Shown here: positions 1 through 13,179 of the stretch, piece by piece
Layout: each line of letters starts with the position of its first letter
Position numbering within the stretch: the stretch's first letter is position 1
Source of the DNA: the human T2T-CHM13v2.0 reference genome, Homo sapiens
DNA length: 64,000 nucleotides
NCBI RefSeq assembly: GCF_009914755.1
Contig: NC_060946.1
Reading direction: 5' to 3' (one strand)
Position numbers and translations under genes: made by a program
Notes under the pieces: generated by a model
What the model saw: only the letters and a program-made list of their open reading frames with translations
Database searches by the model: none
Told to the model about the DNA's origin: nothing

Positions 1-814
1 ATTCTATTCCATTTCATTCCATTCCAGTTGATTCCATTCCTTTCCATTTCATTCCATTCCATTCCGTTCCATTCTACTCGGTTTGATTTCATTCCATTCC
101 ATTCCATTCCATTTCATTCCACTGGTGTTTATTCCATTCAACTCCACTCCATTCAATTCCAATCCATTCCATTCCATTCCATTCCATTCCATTCCATTCC
201 ATTCCATTCGGGTTTATTCCATTTCATTCCATTCCATTCCATTCCATTCCATTGCATTCCATTCCTTTCCATTCCATTCCATTCCATTCCATTCCAGTCC
301 ATTCCATTGCATTCCTTTCCATTCCATTCCACTCATGTTGATTCCATTCCATTCCATTCCATTCCATTCCACTCCATTCCAATCCATTACATTCCACTCG
401 GGTTGAATACTTTTCATTCCATTCCAATGCATTCCCTTCCATTCAATCAATTCCATTCCATTCCATTCCGTTCTGCTCCACTCCATTCCATTGCATTCCA
501 TAACATTCCATTCCACTCGTGTTGATTCCATTGAATTCCATTCCATTCCATTCCATTCCGTTCCTTCCATTCCATTCAATTCCATTCCAGTGTATTGCAT
601 GCCATTCCATTCTATTCTATTCCATTCCATTCCATTCCATTTGACTCATGTTGATTCCGTTCCATTCCATTCCTTTCCATTCCATTCCTTTCCATTCCTT
701 TCCAGTTGTTTCCATTGCATTCCATTCCGTTCCATTCCATTCCATTCTGTTCCATTCCATTCCATTCCATTGCATTCCATTCGGGTTGATTCCATTCCAT
801 TCCATCCCATTCCA

Positions 815-1065
815 TTCCATTCCATTCCATTCCATTCCATTCCATTCCATTCCGTTCCGTTCCACTCGGCTTGATTCCCGTCCATTCCATTCCATTTTAT
901 TCCACTCCACTCGGGTTGATTCCATTCCATTCCGTTCCATTCCATTCCATTCCATTCCATTCCATTCCATTCCGTTCCGTTCCACTCGGCTTGATTCCCG
1001 TCCATTCCATTCCATTTTATTCCACTCCACTCGGGTTGATTCCATTCCATTCCGTTCCATTCCAT
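815..1065 (+). repeat. 120 bp tandem duplication
   Basis: Lines 841-900 and 961-1020 are identical, including the rare CACTCGGCTTGATTCCCGTCC. Lines 901-945 and 1021-1065 are also identical. Confidence 0.95.
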
Positions 1066-2344
1066 TACATTCCATTCCATTTCATTCCACTCGTGTTGAT
1101 TCCATTGGATTCCATTCCATTCCACTCCATTCCATTTCATTCCATTCCATTCCACTCCATTCCATTTCATTCCATTCCATTCCATTCCATTGCATTCCAT
1201 TGCATTCCATTAAATTCCATTCCATTCCATTCCATTCCATTCCATTCCATTCCATTCCATTTGTGTTGATTCCATTCCATTCCATTCCATTCCATTCCAT
1301 TCCATTCCATTCCATTCCACTGGAATCCATTACTTTCCTCTCGGGTTGAATCCTTTCCATTCCATTCCCGTGCATTCCCTTCCATTCAATTCCACTCGGA
1401 TTCAATCAATTGCATTCCATTCCATTCCGTTCAGTTCAACTCCATTCCATTGTATTCCATACCATTCCATTCCACTAGGGTTGATTCCATTGAATTCCAT
1501 TCCATTCCATTCCATTCCACTCCATTCCGTTCCATTCCATTCTATTTCATTCCGTTCCATTGCATTCCACTCGGGTTGATTCAATTCCATTCCATTCCAT
1601 TCCATTCCATTCCGTTGCATTCCATTCCATTCCATTCCACTCCTGTTGATTCCCTTCCATTCCATTCCATTCCATTCCACTTGGGTTGATACCACTCCGT
1701 TCCTTTCCATTTCATTCTATACCATTCCATTCCATTCCGTGCCATTCAATTCGTGTTGATTACATTCCATTCCATTCCATTCCACTCCATTCCAATCCAT
1801 TACATTCCACTCGGGTTGAATCCATTCCTTTCCATTCCAATCCATTCCACTCCTTTCCAATCCATTCCATTCCATTCAATTCCACTTGGATTCAATCTAT
1901 TCTTTCCATTCCATTCCGTTCTGTTACATTCCATTCCATTGCATTAGATACCATTCCATTGCACTCGGGATGATTCCATTCAATTCCATTATATTCCTTT
2001 CAATTCCATTGCATTCCATTCCATTCCATTCCATTCCACTTGGGTGGATTCCATTCCATTCCATTCCATTCCATTCCACTCGGGTTGATTCCATTCCTTT
2101 CCTTTCCATTTCATTCCATTCCATTCCATTCCATTCCATTCCATTCCATTCCACTCCTTTCCATTCCACTCCACTCCGGTTGTTTCCATACCGTTCCATT
2201 CCATTTCATTCCATTCCATGTCACTCGGTTTGATTCCATTCCATTCCATTCCATTTTATTCAATTCCATTCCGTTCCATTCCATTCCATTCCATACCATT
2301 CCACTCGGTTTGATTCCATACCATTCCATTCCATTCAATTCCAT

Positions 2345-2560
2345 TCCATTCCATTCGGGTTTATTCCATTCTTTTCCATTCCATTCCATTCCACTCAATT
2401 CCACTCCATTCCATTCCATTCCATTCTTTTCCATTCCATTCCATTCGGGTTTATTCCATTCTTTTCCATTCCATTCCATTCCATTCCATTCCATTCCATT
2501 CCACTCCATTCCATTCCATTCCATTCGTGTTTATTCCATTCTTTTCCATTCCATTCCATT
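2345..2560 (+). repeat. Three-copy 80-90 bp local repeat
   Basis: CCATTCG(G/T)GTTTATTCCATTCTTTTCC at ~2351, ~2441 and ~2521. Confidence 0.8.
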
Positions 2561-3699
2561 CCACTCCATTCCACTCCATTCCATTCCATTCCATTCCATT
2601 CCAGTCAGGTTGATTCCATTGCATTCCTTTCCAATCCATTCCATTCCATTCCATTCCATTCCATTCCATTCCATTCCATTCGGGTTCATTCCATTCCATT
2701 CCATTCCATTCCATTCCTTTACGTTCCATTCCATTCCTTTCCATTCCATTGCATTCCGTTCCATTCCATTCCAATCCATTCCATTCCATTCCATTCTACT
2801 CGGGTTGATTCCATACCATTCCATTCAATTCATTCCTTTCCATTCCATTCCATTCCACTCGGGTTGATTCCATTCCATTCCTTCCATTCCATTCCATTCC
2901 TTTCCATTCCATTCCTCTCGTGTTGATTCCGTCACATTCCATTCCATTCCAATGTACTTGGGTTGATTCCAGTCCCTACCATTCCATTCCATTCTATTGC
3001 ATTCATTTACATTACACTCCGGTTGATTCCATAGCATTGCATTCCATTCCATTCCATTCCATCCCATTCGAATTGATTCCATTCCATTCCACTCCATTCC
3101 ATTCCATTCAACTACTTTACATTCCATTCCACTCCATTACATTCCATTCCATTCCACCCGGATTGATTCCATTCCATTCCATTCCAGTTGATTCCACTGG
3201 ATTCGATTCCGTTCCATTCCATTCCATTCCATTCCATTCCATTCCATTCCATACCAGTCGAGTTGATTCCAATCCATTCCATTGCATTACATTCCATTTC
3301 ATTCCAATCAGGTGGATTCCATTCCATTCCATTCCGTTCCACTCGGGTTGATTCCATTCCGTTCCATTCCATTCCATTCCATTCCATTGCATTCCATTCC
3401 ATTCCATTCCGTTCCATTCCATTCGTGTGGATTGCATTCTATTCCACTCCAATCCATTCCAATCCATTCCATTCCATTCAATTCCACTCCCATTCAATCT
3501 ATTCCATTCCATTTCATTCTGTTCTGTTCCATTCCATTCTATTGGATTCCATACCATTCCATTCCACTCGGGATGATTCCATTCCATTCCATTATGTTCC
3601 GTTCCATTCCTTTCCATTCCATTCAACTCGGGTTGATTCCATTCCATTCCATTCCTTTCCATGTCAGTCGGGTTTTTCCTTTCCTTTCCTTTCCATTTC

Positions 3700-6600
3700 A
3701 TTCTATTCAATTCCATTCTATTCCATTCCATTCCACTCCATTCCATTACATTCCTCTCCGGTTATTCCATTCCATTCCATTCCATTCCACTCGGGTTGTT
3801 TCCATTCCATTCCATTCCATTTTATTCCATTCCATTCCATTACATTACATTCTATACCATTCCACTCGGGTTGATCCCATACCATTCTATTCCATTCCAT
3901 TCCATTAAATTCCATACCATTCCATTACACTCGGGTAGATTCCATTCCATTACATTCCATTCCATTCCACCCGGTTTGATTCCATTCCATTCCATTCCAT
4001 TCCAGTTGATTCCTTTGGATTCGATTTTGTTCCGTTCCATTCCATTCCATTCCAATCCATTCCATTCCACTCGAGTTGATTCCAATCCTTTCCATTCCAT
4101 TACATTACACTTCATTCCAATCGGGTGGATTCCATTCCATTCCCTTCCATTCCATTCCATTCCACTCGGGTTGATTCCATTCCGTTCCGTTCCATTCCAT
4201 TCCATTCCGTTCCATTCCATTCGTGATGATTCCATTCCATTCCACTCCAATCCATTCAATTCCATTCCAATCCATTCCATTCCCTTCAATTCCACTCGCA
4301 TTCAATCTATTCCAATCCATTTCATTCCGTTCTGTTCCATTCCATTCTATTGCATTCCATACCATTCCATTCCACTCGGGATGATTCCATTCCATTCCAT
4401 TATATTCCGTTCCATTCCGTTGCATTCCATTCCACTCGGGTTGACTCCATTCCATTCCATTCCTTTCCATTACATTCCACTCGTGTTGTTTCCATACCAT
4501 TCCTTTCAATTTCATTCTATTCCATTCCATTCTATTCCATTTCATTCAAGTCCATTCCATTCCATTCCTCTTCGGTTATTCCATTCCATTCCACTCGGGT
4601 TGTTTCCATTCCATTACATTCCATTTTATTCCATTCCATTCCATTACATTACATTCTATACCATTCCACTCGGGTTGATCCCATACCATTCTATTCCATT
4701 CTATTTCATTAAATTCCATACCATTCCATTCCACTTGGGTAGATTCCATTCCATTCCATTCCACTCCGGTAGATTCCATTCCATTCCATTCAATTCCTTT
4801 TCAGTCCATTCCATTCGGGTTCATTCCATTCCATTCCATTCCATTCCATTCCATTCCATTCCACTCGGGTTGATTTCATACCATTCCATTCCATTCATTC
4901 CTTCCATTCCTGTCGGGTTGATTCCATTCCATTCCTTTCCATTCCATTCCATTCCTTTCCATTCCATTCCTCTTGGGTTGATTCTGTTGTATTCCATTCC
5001 ATTCCAATGCACTTGGTTTGATTCTATTCCCTTCCCTTCCATTCCATTCCATTGCATTCCATTCTTTTACATTAAACTCCGGTTGATTCCATAGCATTCC
5101 ATTCCATCCCATTCGGATTGATTCCATTCTATTCTGTTCCGTTCCATTCCATTCCATTGCATACCATTCCATTCCATTCCTTTCTATTCCATTCCGTTAC
5201 ATTCCATTCGGGTTGATTCCATTCCATTCCATTCCATTCCGTTCCGTTCCATTTCATTCCACTCCATTCCATTCCATTCCACTCCATTCCATTCCATTCC
5301 ACTCCATTCCATTCCATTCTATTCCACCCGGATTGATTCCATTCCATTGCTTTCCGTTCCATTCCATTCCATTCTATTCCAGTTGATTCCATTGGATTCG
5401 ATTCTGTTCCATTCCATTCCATTCCATTCCATTCCATTCCATTCCACTCGAGTTGATTCCAATCCATTCCATTCCATTACATTACATTTCATTCCAATCG
5501 AGTGGATTCCATTCCATTCCATTCCATTCCATTCCATTCCATTCCATTCAATTCCACTCAGGTTGATACCATTCCGTTGCTTTCCATTCCATTCCATTCC
5601 GTTCCATTCTATTCGTTTTGATTCCATTCCATTCCACACCAATCCATTCGTTTCCATTCCAATCCATTCCATTCCTTTCAATTCCACTCGTATTCAGTCT
5701 ATTCCATTCCATTTCATTCCGTTCTGTTCCATTCCATTCTATTGCATTCCATACCATTCCATTCCACTCGGGATGATTCCATTCCATTCCATTATATTCC
5801 GTTCCATTCCATTACATTCCGTTCCACTCGAGTTCATTCCATTCCATTCCATTCCATTCCATTCCATTCCATTCCATTCCATTCCACTCGGGTTGATTCC
5901 ATTCCGTTCGTTTCCATTCCATTCCATTCCGTTCCATTCTATTCGTGTTGATTCCATTCCATTCCACACCAATCCATTCCATTCCATTCCAATCCATTCC
6001 ATTCCGTTCAATTCCACTCGCATTCAATCTATTCCATTCCATTTCATTCCGTTCTGTTCTATTCCATTTTATTGCATTCCATACCATTCCATTCCACTCG
6101 GGATGATTCCATTCCATTCCATGATATTGCGTTCCATTCTATTCCATTCCACTCGGGTAGATTCTATTCCGTTCCATGCCATTCCATTCCATTCCATTCC
6201 ATTAGTTTCTAATCGGGTTGATTCCAATCCATTCCATTATATTCAAGTCCTTTTCATTCCATGCCATTCCACTAGGGTTGTTTCCATTTTGTTGTATTCC
6301 ATTCCATTCCATTCCATTCCATTCCTTTCCATTCCATTCCATTGCATTCCATTCCACTCGGGTTGTTTCCATTCCATTCCATTAGTTTCCATTCCATTCC
6401 ATTCCTTTCCATTCCATTCCATTCCTTTCCAGTCAGTGTGATTCCATTCCATTCCATTACAATGCATTCCATTCCAGTTGATACCATTGCATTGCATTGT
6501 CTCCATTCCATTCCATTCCATTCCATTCCATTCCATTCCACTCGGTTTGTTTCCATTCCATTCCATTCCATTTTATTCCATTGCATTCCATTCCAATATA

Positions 6601-9600
6601 TTCTATACCATTCCACTCGGGTTGATTCCATACCATTCTATTCCATTCCATTCCGTTAAATTCCATTTCATTCCATTCCACTCGGGTAGATTCCATTCCA
6701 TTCCATTCCATTCCATTCCATTCCATTCGGGTTCTTTCCAATGCATTCAATTTCATTCCTTTCCATTCCATTCCATTCCATTCCACTCCATTCCATTCCA
6801 TTCCACTCCATTCCATTCCATTCTATTCCACCCGGATTGATTCCATTCCATTGCTTTCAATTCCATTCCATTCCATTCTATTCCAGTTGATTCCATTGGA
6901 TTCGATTCTGTTACATTCCTTTCCATTCCATTCCATTCCATTCCATTCCATTCCACTCGAGTTGATTCCAATCCATTCCATTCCATTACATTACATTTCA
7001 TTCCAATCGGGTGGATTCCATTCCATTCCATTCCATTCCATTCCATTCCATTCCATTCCACTCAGGTTGATACGATTCCGTTCCTTTCCATTCCATTCCA
7101 TTCCGTTCCATTCTATTCGTTTTGATTCCATTCCATTCCACACCAATCTATTCGATTCCATTCCAATCCATACCATTCCTTTCAATTCCACTCATATTCA
7201 GTCTATTCCATTCCATTTCATTCCGTTCTGTTCCATTCCATTCTATTGCATTCCAAACCATTCCATTCCACTCGGGATGATTCCATTCTATTCCATTATA
7301 TTCCGTTCCATTCCGTGACATTCCATTCTACTCGGGTTGATTCCATTCCATTCCATTCCATTCCATTCCATTCCACTCCATTCCACTCGGGTTGATTCCA
7401 TTCCGTTCCTTTCCATTCCATTCCATTCCGTTCCATTATATTGGTGTTGATTCCATTCCATTCCACACCAATCCATTCCATTCCATTCCAATCCATTCCA
7501 TTCCGTTCAATTCCACTCGCATTCAATCTATTCCATTCCATTTCATTCTGTTCTGTTCTATTCCATTTTATTGCATTCCATACCATTCCATTCCACTCGG
7601 GATGATTCCATTCCTTTCCATTATATTGCGTTCCATTCTATTCCATTCCATTCCACTTGGGTAGATTCCATTCCATTCCATGCCACTCCATTCCATTCCA
7701 TTAGTTTCTAATCGGGTTGATTCCAATCCATTCCATTATATTCAAGTGCTTTTCATTCCATGCCATTCCACTAGGGTTGTTTCCATTTTGTTGTATTCCT
7801 TTCCTTTCCATTCCATTCCATTCCTTTCCATTCCATTCCATTGCATTCCATTCCACTCGGGTTGTTTCCATTCCATTCCATTAGTTTCCATTCCATTCCA
7901 TTCCTTTCCATTCCATTCCATTCCTTTCCACTCAGTGTGATTCCATTCCATTCCATTCCAATTCATTCCATTCCATTTGATACCGTTGCATTGCATTGTC
8001 TCCATTCCATTCCATTCCATTCCATTCCATTCCACTCGGTTTGTTTCCATTCCATTCCATTCCATTTTATTCCATTGGATTCCATTCCAATATATTCTAT
8101 ACCATTCCACTCGGGTTGATTCCATACCATTCTATTCCATTCCATTCCGTTAAATTCCATTCCATTCCATTCCACTGGGGTAGATTCCATTCCATTCCAT
8201 TCCATTCCATTCCATTCCATTCCATTCCATTCCATTCGGGTTCATTCCAATCCATTCCATTCCATTCCATTCCATTGCATTCCATTCCATTCCATTGCAT
8301 TCCATTCCATTCCATTCCATTCCATTCCATTCCATTCCATTGCATTCCATTCCATTCCATTCCATTCCATTCCATTCCATTCCATTCCACTCGGGTTGAT
8401 TCCATAGCATTCCATTGCATTCCATTCCATTCCATTCCACTCCGGTTGATTCCATATCATTCGATTCCATTCATTCCTTTCCATTCCACTCCATTCCTGT
8501 CGGGTTGATTCCATTCCATTCCTTTAAATTCCATTCCATTCCTTTCCATTCCATTCCTCTCGGGTTGATTCTGTTGCATTACATTCCATTCCAATGCACT
8601 TGGTTTCATTCCATTCCCTTCCCTTCCATTCCATTCCATTTCATTCCATTCATTTACATTACACTCCGGTTGATTCCATAGCATTCCATTCCATTCCATT
8701 CCATTCCATTCCATTCCATTCCATTCCATTCCATCCCATTCGGATTGATTCCATTCTATTCTGTTCCATTCCATTCCATTCCATTCCATACCATTCCATT
8801 CCATTCCTTTCCATTCCATTGCGTTTCATTCCAGTCGGGTTGATTCCATTCCATTCCATTCCATTCCATTCCATTCCATTCCACTCCATTAAATTCCATT
8901 CCACTCCATTCCATTCCATTCCGTTCCATTCCATCCAGATTGATTCCATTCCATTCCATTCCATTCCATTCCATTCCATTCCAGTTGATTCCATTGGATT
9001 CGATTCTGTTCCATTCCATTGCATTCCATTCCATTCCATTCCATTCCATTCCACTCGAGTTGATTCCAATCCATTCCATTACATTACATTCCTTTTCATT
9101 CCAATCGGGTGGATTCCATTCCTTTCCATTCCATTCCATTCCACTCGGGTTAATTCCATTCCGTTCCTTTCCATTCCATTCCATTCTGTTCCATTCCATT
9201 CGTGTTGATTCCATTCCATTCCACTCCAATCCACTCCATTCCATTCCAATCCATTCCATTCCATTAAATTCCACTCGCAATCAATCTATTCCATTCCATT
9301 TCATTCCGTTCTGTTCAATTCCATTCTATTGCATTCCATACCATTCCATTCCACTCGGGATGATTCCATTCCATTCCATTATATTCCGTTCCATTCCATT
9401 CCATTCCATTCCAATCGGGTTGATTCCATTCCATTCCATTCCATTCCATTCCATTCCATTCCATTCCACTCGGTTTGTTTAAATTCCATTCCTTTCAATT
9501 TCATTCTATTCCATTCCACTCTATTACATTCCATTCCACACCATTCCATTCCATTCCTCTCCAGTTATTCCATTCCATTCCACTCGGGTTGTTTCCATTC

Positions 9601-12600
9601 CATTCCATTCCATTTTATTCCATTCCATTCCATTACATTACATTCTATACCATTCCACTCGGGTTGATCCCATACCATTCTATTCCATTCCATTCCATTA
9701 AATTCCATACCATTCCATTACACTCGGGTTGATTCCATTCCATTACATTCCATTCCATTCCACCCGGTTTGATTCCATTCCATTCCATTCCATTCCAGTG
9801 GATTCCTTTGGATTCGATTTTGTTCCGTTCCATTCCATTCCATTCCAATCCATTCCATTCCACTCGAGTTGATTCCAATCCTTTCCATTCCATTACATTA
9901 CACTTCATTCCAATCGGGTGGATTCCATTCCATTCCCTTCCATTCCATTCCATTCCACTCGGGTTGATTCCATTCCGTTCCATTCCATTCCATTCCATTC
10001 CGTTCCATTCCATTCGTGATGATTCCATTCCATTCCACTCCAATCCATTCCATTCCATTCCAATCCATTCCATTCCCTTCAATTCCACTCGCATTCAATC
10101 TATTCCAATCCATTTCATTCCGTTCTGTTCCATTCCATTCTATTGCATTCCATACCATTCCATTCCACTCGGGATGATTCCATTCCATTCCATTATATTC
10201 CGTTCCATTCCATTCCATTCCATTCCACTCGGGTTGACTCCATTCCATTCCATTCCATTCCATTCCATTCCACTCGGGTTGTTTCCATTCCATTCCTTTC
10301 AATTTCATTCTATTCCTTTCCATTCTATTCCATTTCATTCAACTCCATTCCATTCCATTCCTCTTCGGTTATTCCATTCCATTCCACTCGGGTTGTTTCC
10401 ATTCCATTCCATTCCATTTTATTCCATTCCATTCCATTACATTACATTCTATACCATTCCACTCGGGTTGATCCCATACCATTCTATTCCATTCTATTCC
10501 ATTAAATTCCATACCATTCCATTCCACTTGGGTAGATTCCATTCCATTCCATTCCACTCCGGTAGATTCCATTCCATTCCATTCAATTCCTTTTCAGTCC
10601 ATTCCATTCGGGTTCATTCCATTCCATTCCATTCCATTCCATTCCATTCCATTCCATTCCACTCGGGTTGATTCCATACCATTCCATTCCATTCATTCCT
10701 TCCATTCCTGTCGGGTTGATTCCATTCCATTCCTTTCCATTCCATTCCATTCCTTTCCATTCCATTCCTCTTGGGTTGATTCTGTTGCATTCCATTCCAT
10801 TCCAATGCACTTGGTTTGATTCTATTCCCTTCCCTTCCATTCCATTCCATTGCATTCCATTCATTTACATTAAACTCCGGTTGATTCCATAGCATTCCAT
10901 TCCATCCCATTCGGATTGATTCCATTCTATTCTGTTCCGTTCCATTCCATTCCATTGCATACCATTCCATTCCATTCCGTTACATTCCATTCGGGTTGAT
11001 TCCATTCCATTCCATTCCATTCCGTTCCGTTCCATTTCATTCCACTCCATTCCATTCCATTCCACTCCATTCCATTCCATTACTCTCCATTCCATTCCAT
11101 TCTATTCCACCCGGATTGATTCCATTCCATTGCTTTCCATTCCATTCCATTCCATTCCATTCTATTCCAGTTGATTCCATTGGAATCGATTCTGTTCCAT
11201 TCCATTCCATTCCATTCCATTCCATTCCATTCCATTCCATTCCACTCGAGTTGATTCCAATCCATTCCATTACATTACATTACATTTCATTCCAATCGGG
11301 TGGATTCCATTCCATTCCATTCCATTCCATTCCATTCCATTCAATTCCACTCAGGTTGATACCATTCCGTTGCTTTCCATTCCATTCCATTCCGTTCCAT
11401 TCTATTCGTTTTGATTCCATTCCATTCCACACCAATCCATTCGTTTCCATTCCAATCCATTCCATTCCTTTCAATTACACTCGTATTCAGTCTAATCCAT
11501 TCCATTTCATTCCGTTCTGTTCCATTCCATTCTATTGCATTCCATACCATTCCATTCCACTCGGGATGATTCCATTCCATTCCATTATATTCCGTTCCAT
11601 TCCATTACATTCCGTTCCACTCGAGTTCATTCCATTCCATTCCATTCCATTCCATTCCATTCCACTCCATTCCACTCGGGTTGATTCCATTCCGTTCCTT
11701 TCCATTCCATTCCATTCCGTTCCATTCTATTCGTGTTGATTCCATTCCATTCCACACCAATCCATTCCATTCCATTCCAATCCATTCCATTCCGTTCAAT
11801 TCCACTCGCATTCAATCTATTCCATTCCATTTCATTCCGTTCTGTTCTATTCCATTTTATTGCATTCCATACCATTCCATTCCACTCGGGATGATTCCAT
11901 TCCATTCCATGATATTGCGTTCCATTCTATTCCATTCCACTCGGGTAGATTCTATTCCATTCCATGCCATTCCATTCCATTCCATTCCATTAGTTTCTAA
12001 TCGGGTTGATTCCAATCCATTCCATTATATTCAAGTCCTTTTCATTCCATGCCATTCCACTAGGGTTGTTTCCATTTTGTTGTATTCCATTCCATTCCAT
12101 TCCATTCCATTCCTTTCCATTCCATTCCATTGCATTCCATTCCACTCGGGTTGTTTCCATTCCATTCCATTAGTTTCCATTCCATTCCATTCCTTTCCAT
12201 TCCATTCCATTCCTTTCCACTCAGTGTGATTCCATTCCATTCCATTACAATGCATTCCATTCCAGTTGATACCATTGCATTGCATTGTCTCCATTCCATT
12301 CCATTCCATTCCATTCCATTCCATTCCATTCCATTCCACTCGGTTTGTTTCCATTCCATTCCATTCCATTTTATTCCATTGCATTCCATTCCAATATATT
12401 CTATACCATTCCACTCGGGTTGATTCCATACCATTCTATTCCATTCCATTCCGTTAAATTCCATTCCATTCCATTCCACTCGGGTAGATTCCATTCCATT
12501 CCATTCCATTCCATTCCATTCCATTCCATTCCATTCCATTCCATTCGGGTTCATTCCAATCCATTCCATTCCATTCCTTTCCATTCCATTCCATTCCATT

Positions 12601-12750
12601 CCACTTCATTCCATTCCATTCCACTCCATTCCATTCCATTCTATTCCACCCGGATTGATTCCATTCCATTGCTTTCCATTCCATTCCATTCCATTCTATT
12701 CCTGTTGATTCCATTGGATTCGATTCTGTTACATTCCATTCCATTCCATT
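3700..12750 (+). repeat. ~5.79 kb HOR unit, one full copy plus a partial second copy
   Basis: Near-identical ORF translations are offset by 5793 bp (3852/9645, 4105/9898, 4350/10143, 4576/10369, 5548/11341) and by 5788 bp (6243/12031). A more diverged match extends back to ~2.8 kb (TACACTCCGGTTGATTCCATAGC at ~3013 vs ~8660). Confidence 0.88.
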
Positions 12751-13179
12751 CCACTCGAGTTGATTCCAATCCATTCCATTACATTACATTACATTTCATT
12801 CCAATCGGGTGGATTCCATTCCATTCCATTCCATTCCATTCCATTCCATTCCATTCCACTCGGGTTGATACCATTCCGTTCCTTTCCATTCCATTCCATT
12901 CCGTTCCATTCTATTCGTTTTGATTCCATTCCATTCCACACCAATCCATTCGTTTCCATTCCAATCCATTCCATTCCTTTCAATTCCACTCGTATTCAGC
13001 CTATTCCATTCCATTTCATTCCGCTCTGTTCCATTCCATTCTATTGCATTCCATACCATTCCATTCCACTCTGGATGATTCCATTCCATTCCATTATATT
13101 CCGTTCCATTCCATTACATTCCGTTCCACTCGAGTTCATTCCATTCCATTCCATTCCATTCCATTCCATTCCATTCCTT

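Larger units (their letters stand above)
1..2750 (+). repeat. Less-homogenised HSat3 subdomain with no multi-kb HOR partner in the window
   Basis: Lacks the HOR marker motifs (TAGTTTCTAATCGGG, GTTTAAATTCC, AATCGGGTGG). It has its own motifs: GGGTTGAAT at ~400, ~1343, ~1813 and GATTCCATTGAATTCC at ~524, ~1483, giving a loose ~950 bp echo. Confidence 0.6.

Noticed and set aside
520-545. Possible heat-shock element near TTCCATTGAATTCC (also ~1485)
   Set aside because: The spacing does not fit alternating nGAAn/nTTCn units. The array is head-to-tail nGAAn, not a canonical HSE.
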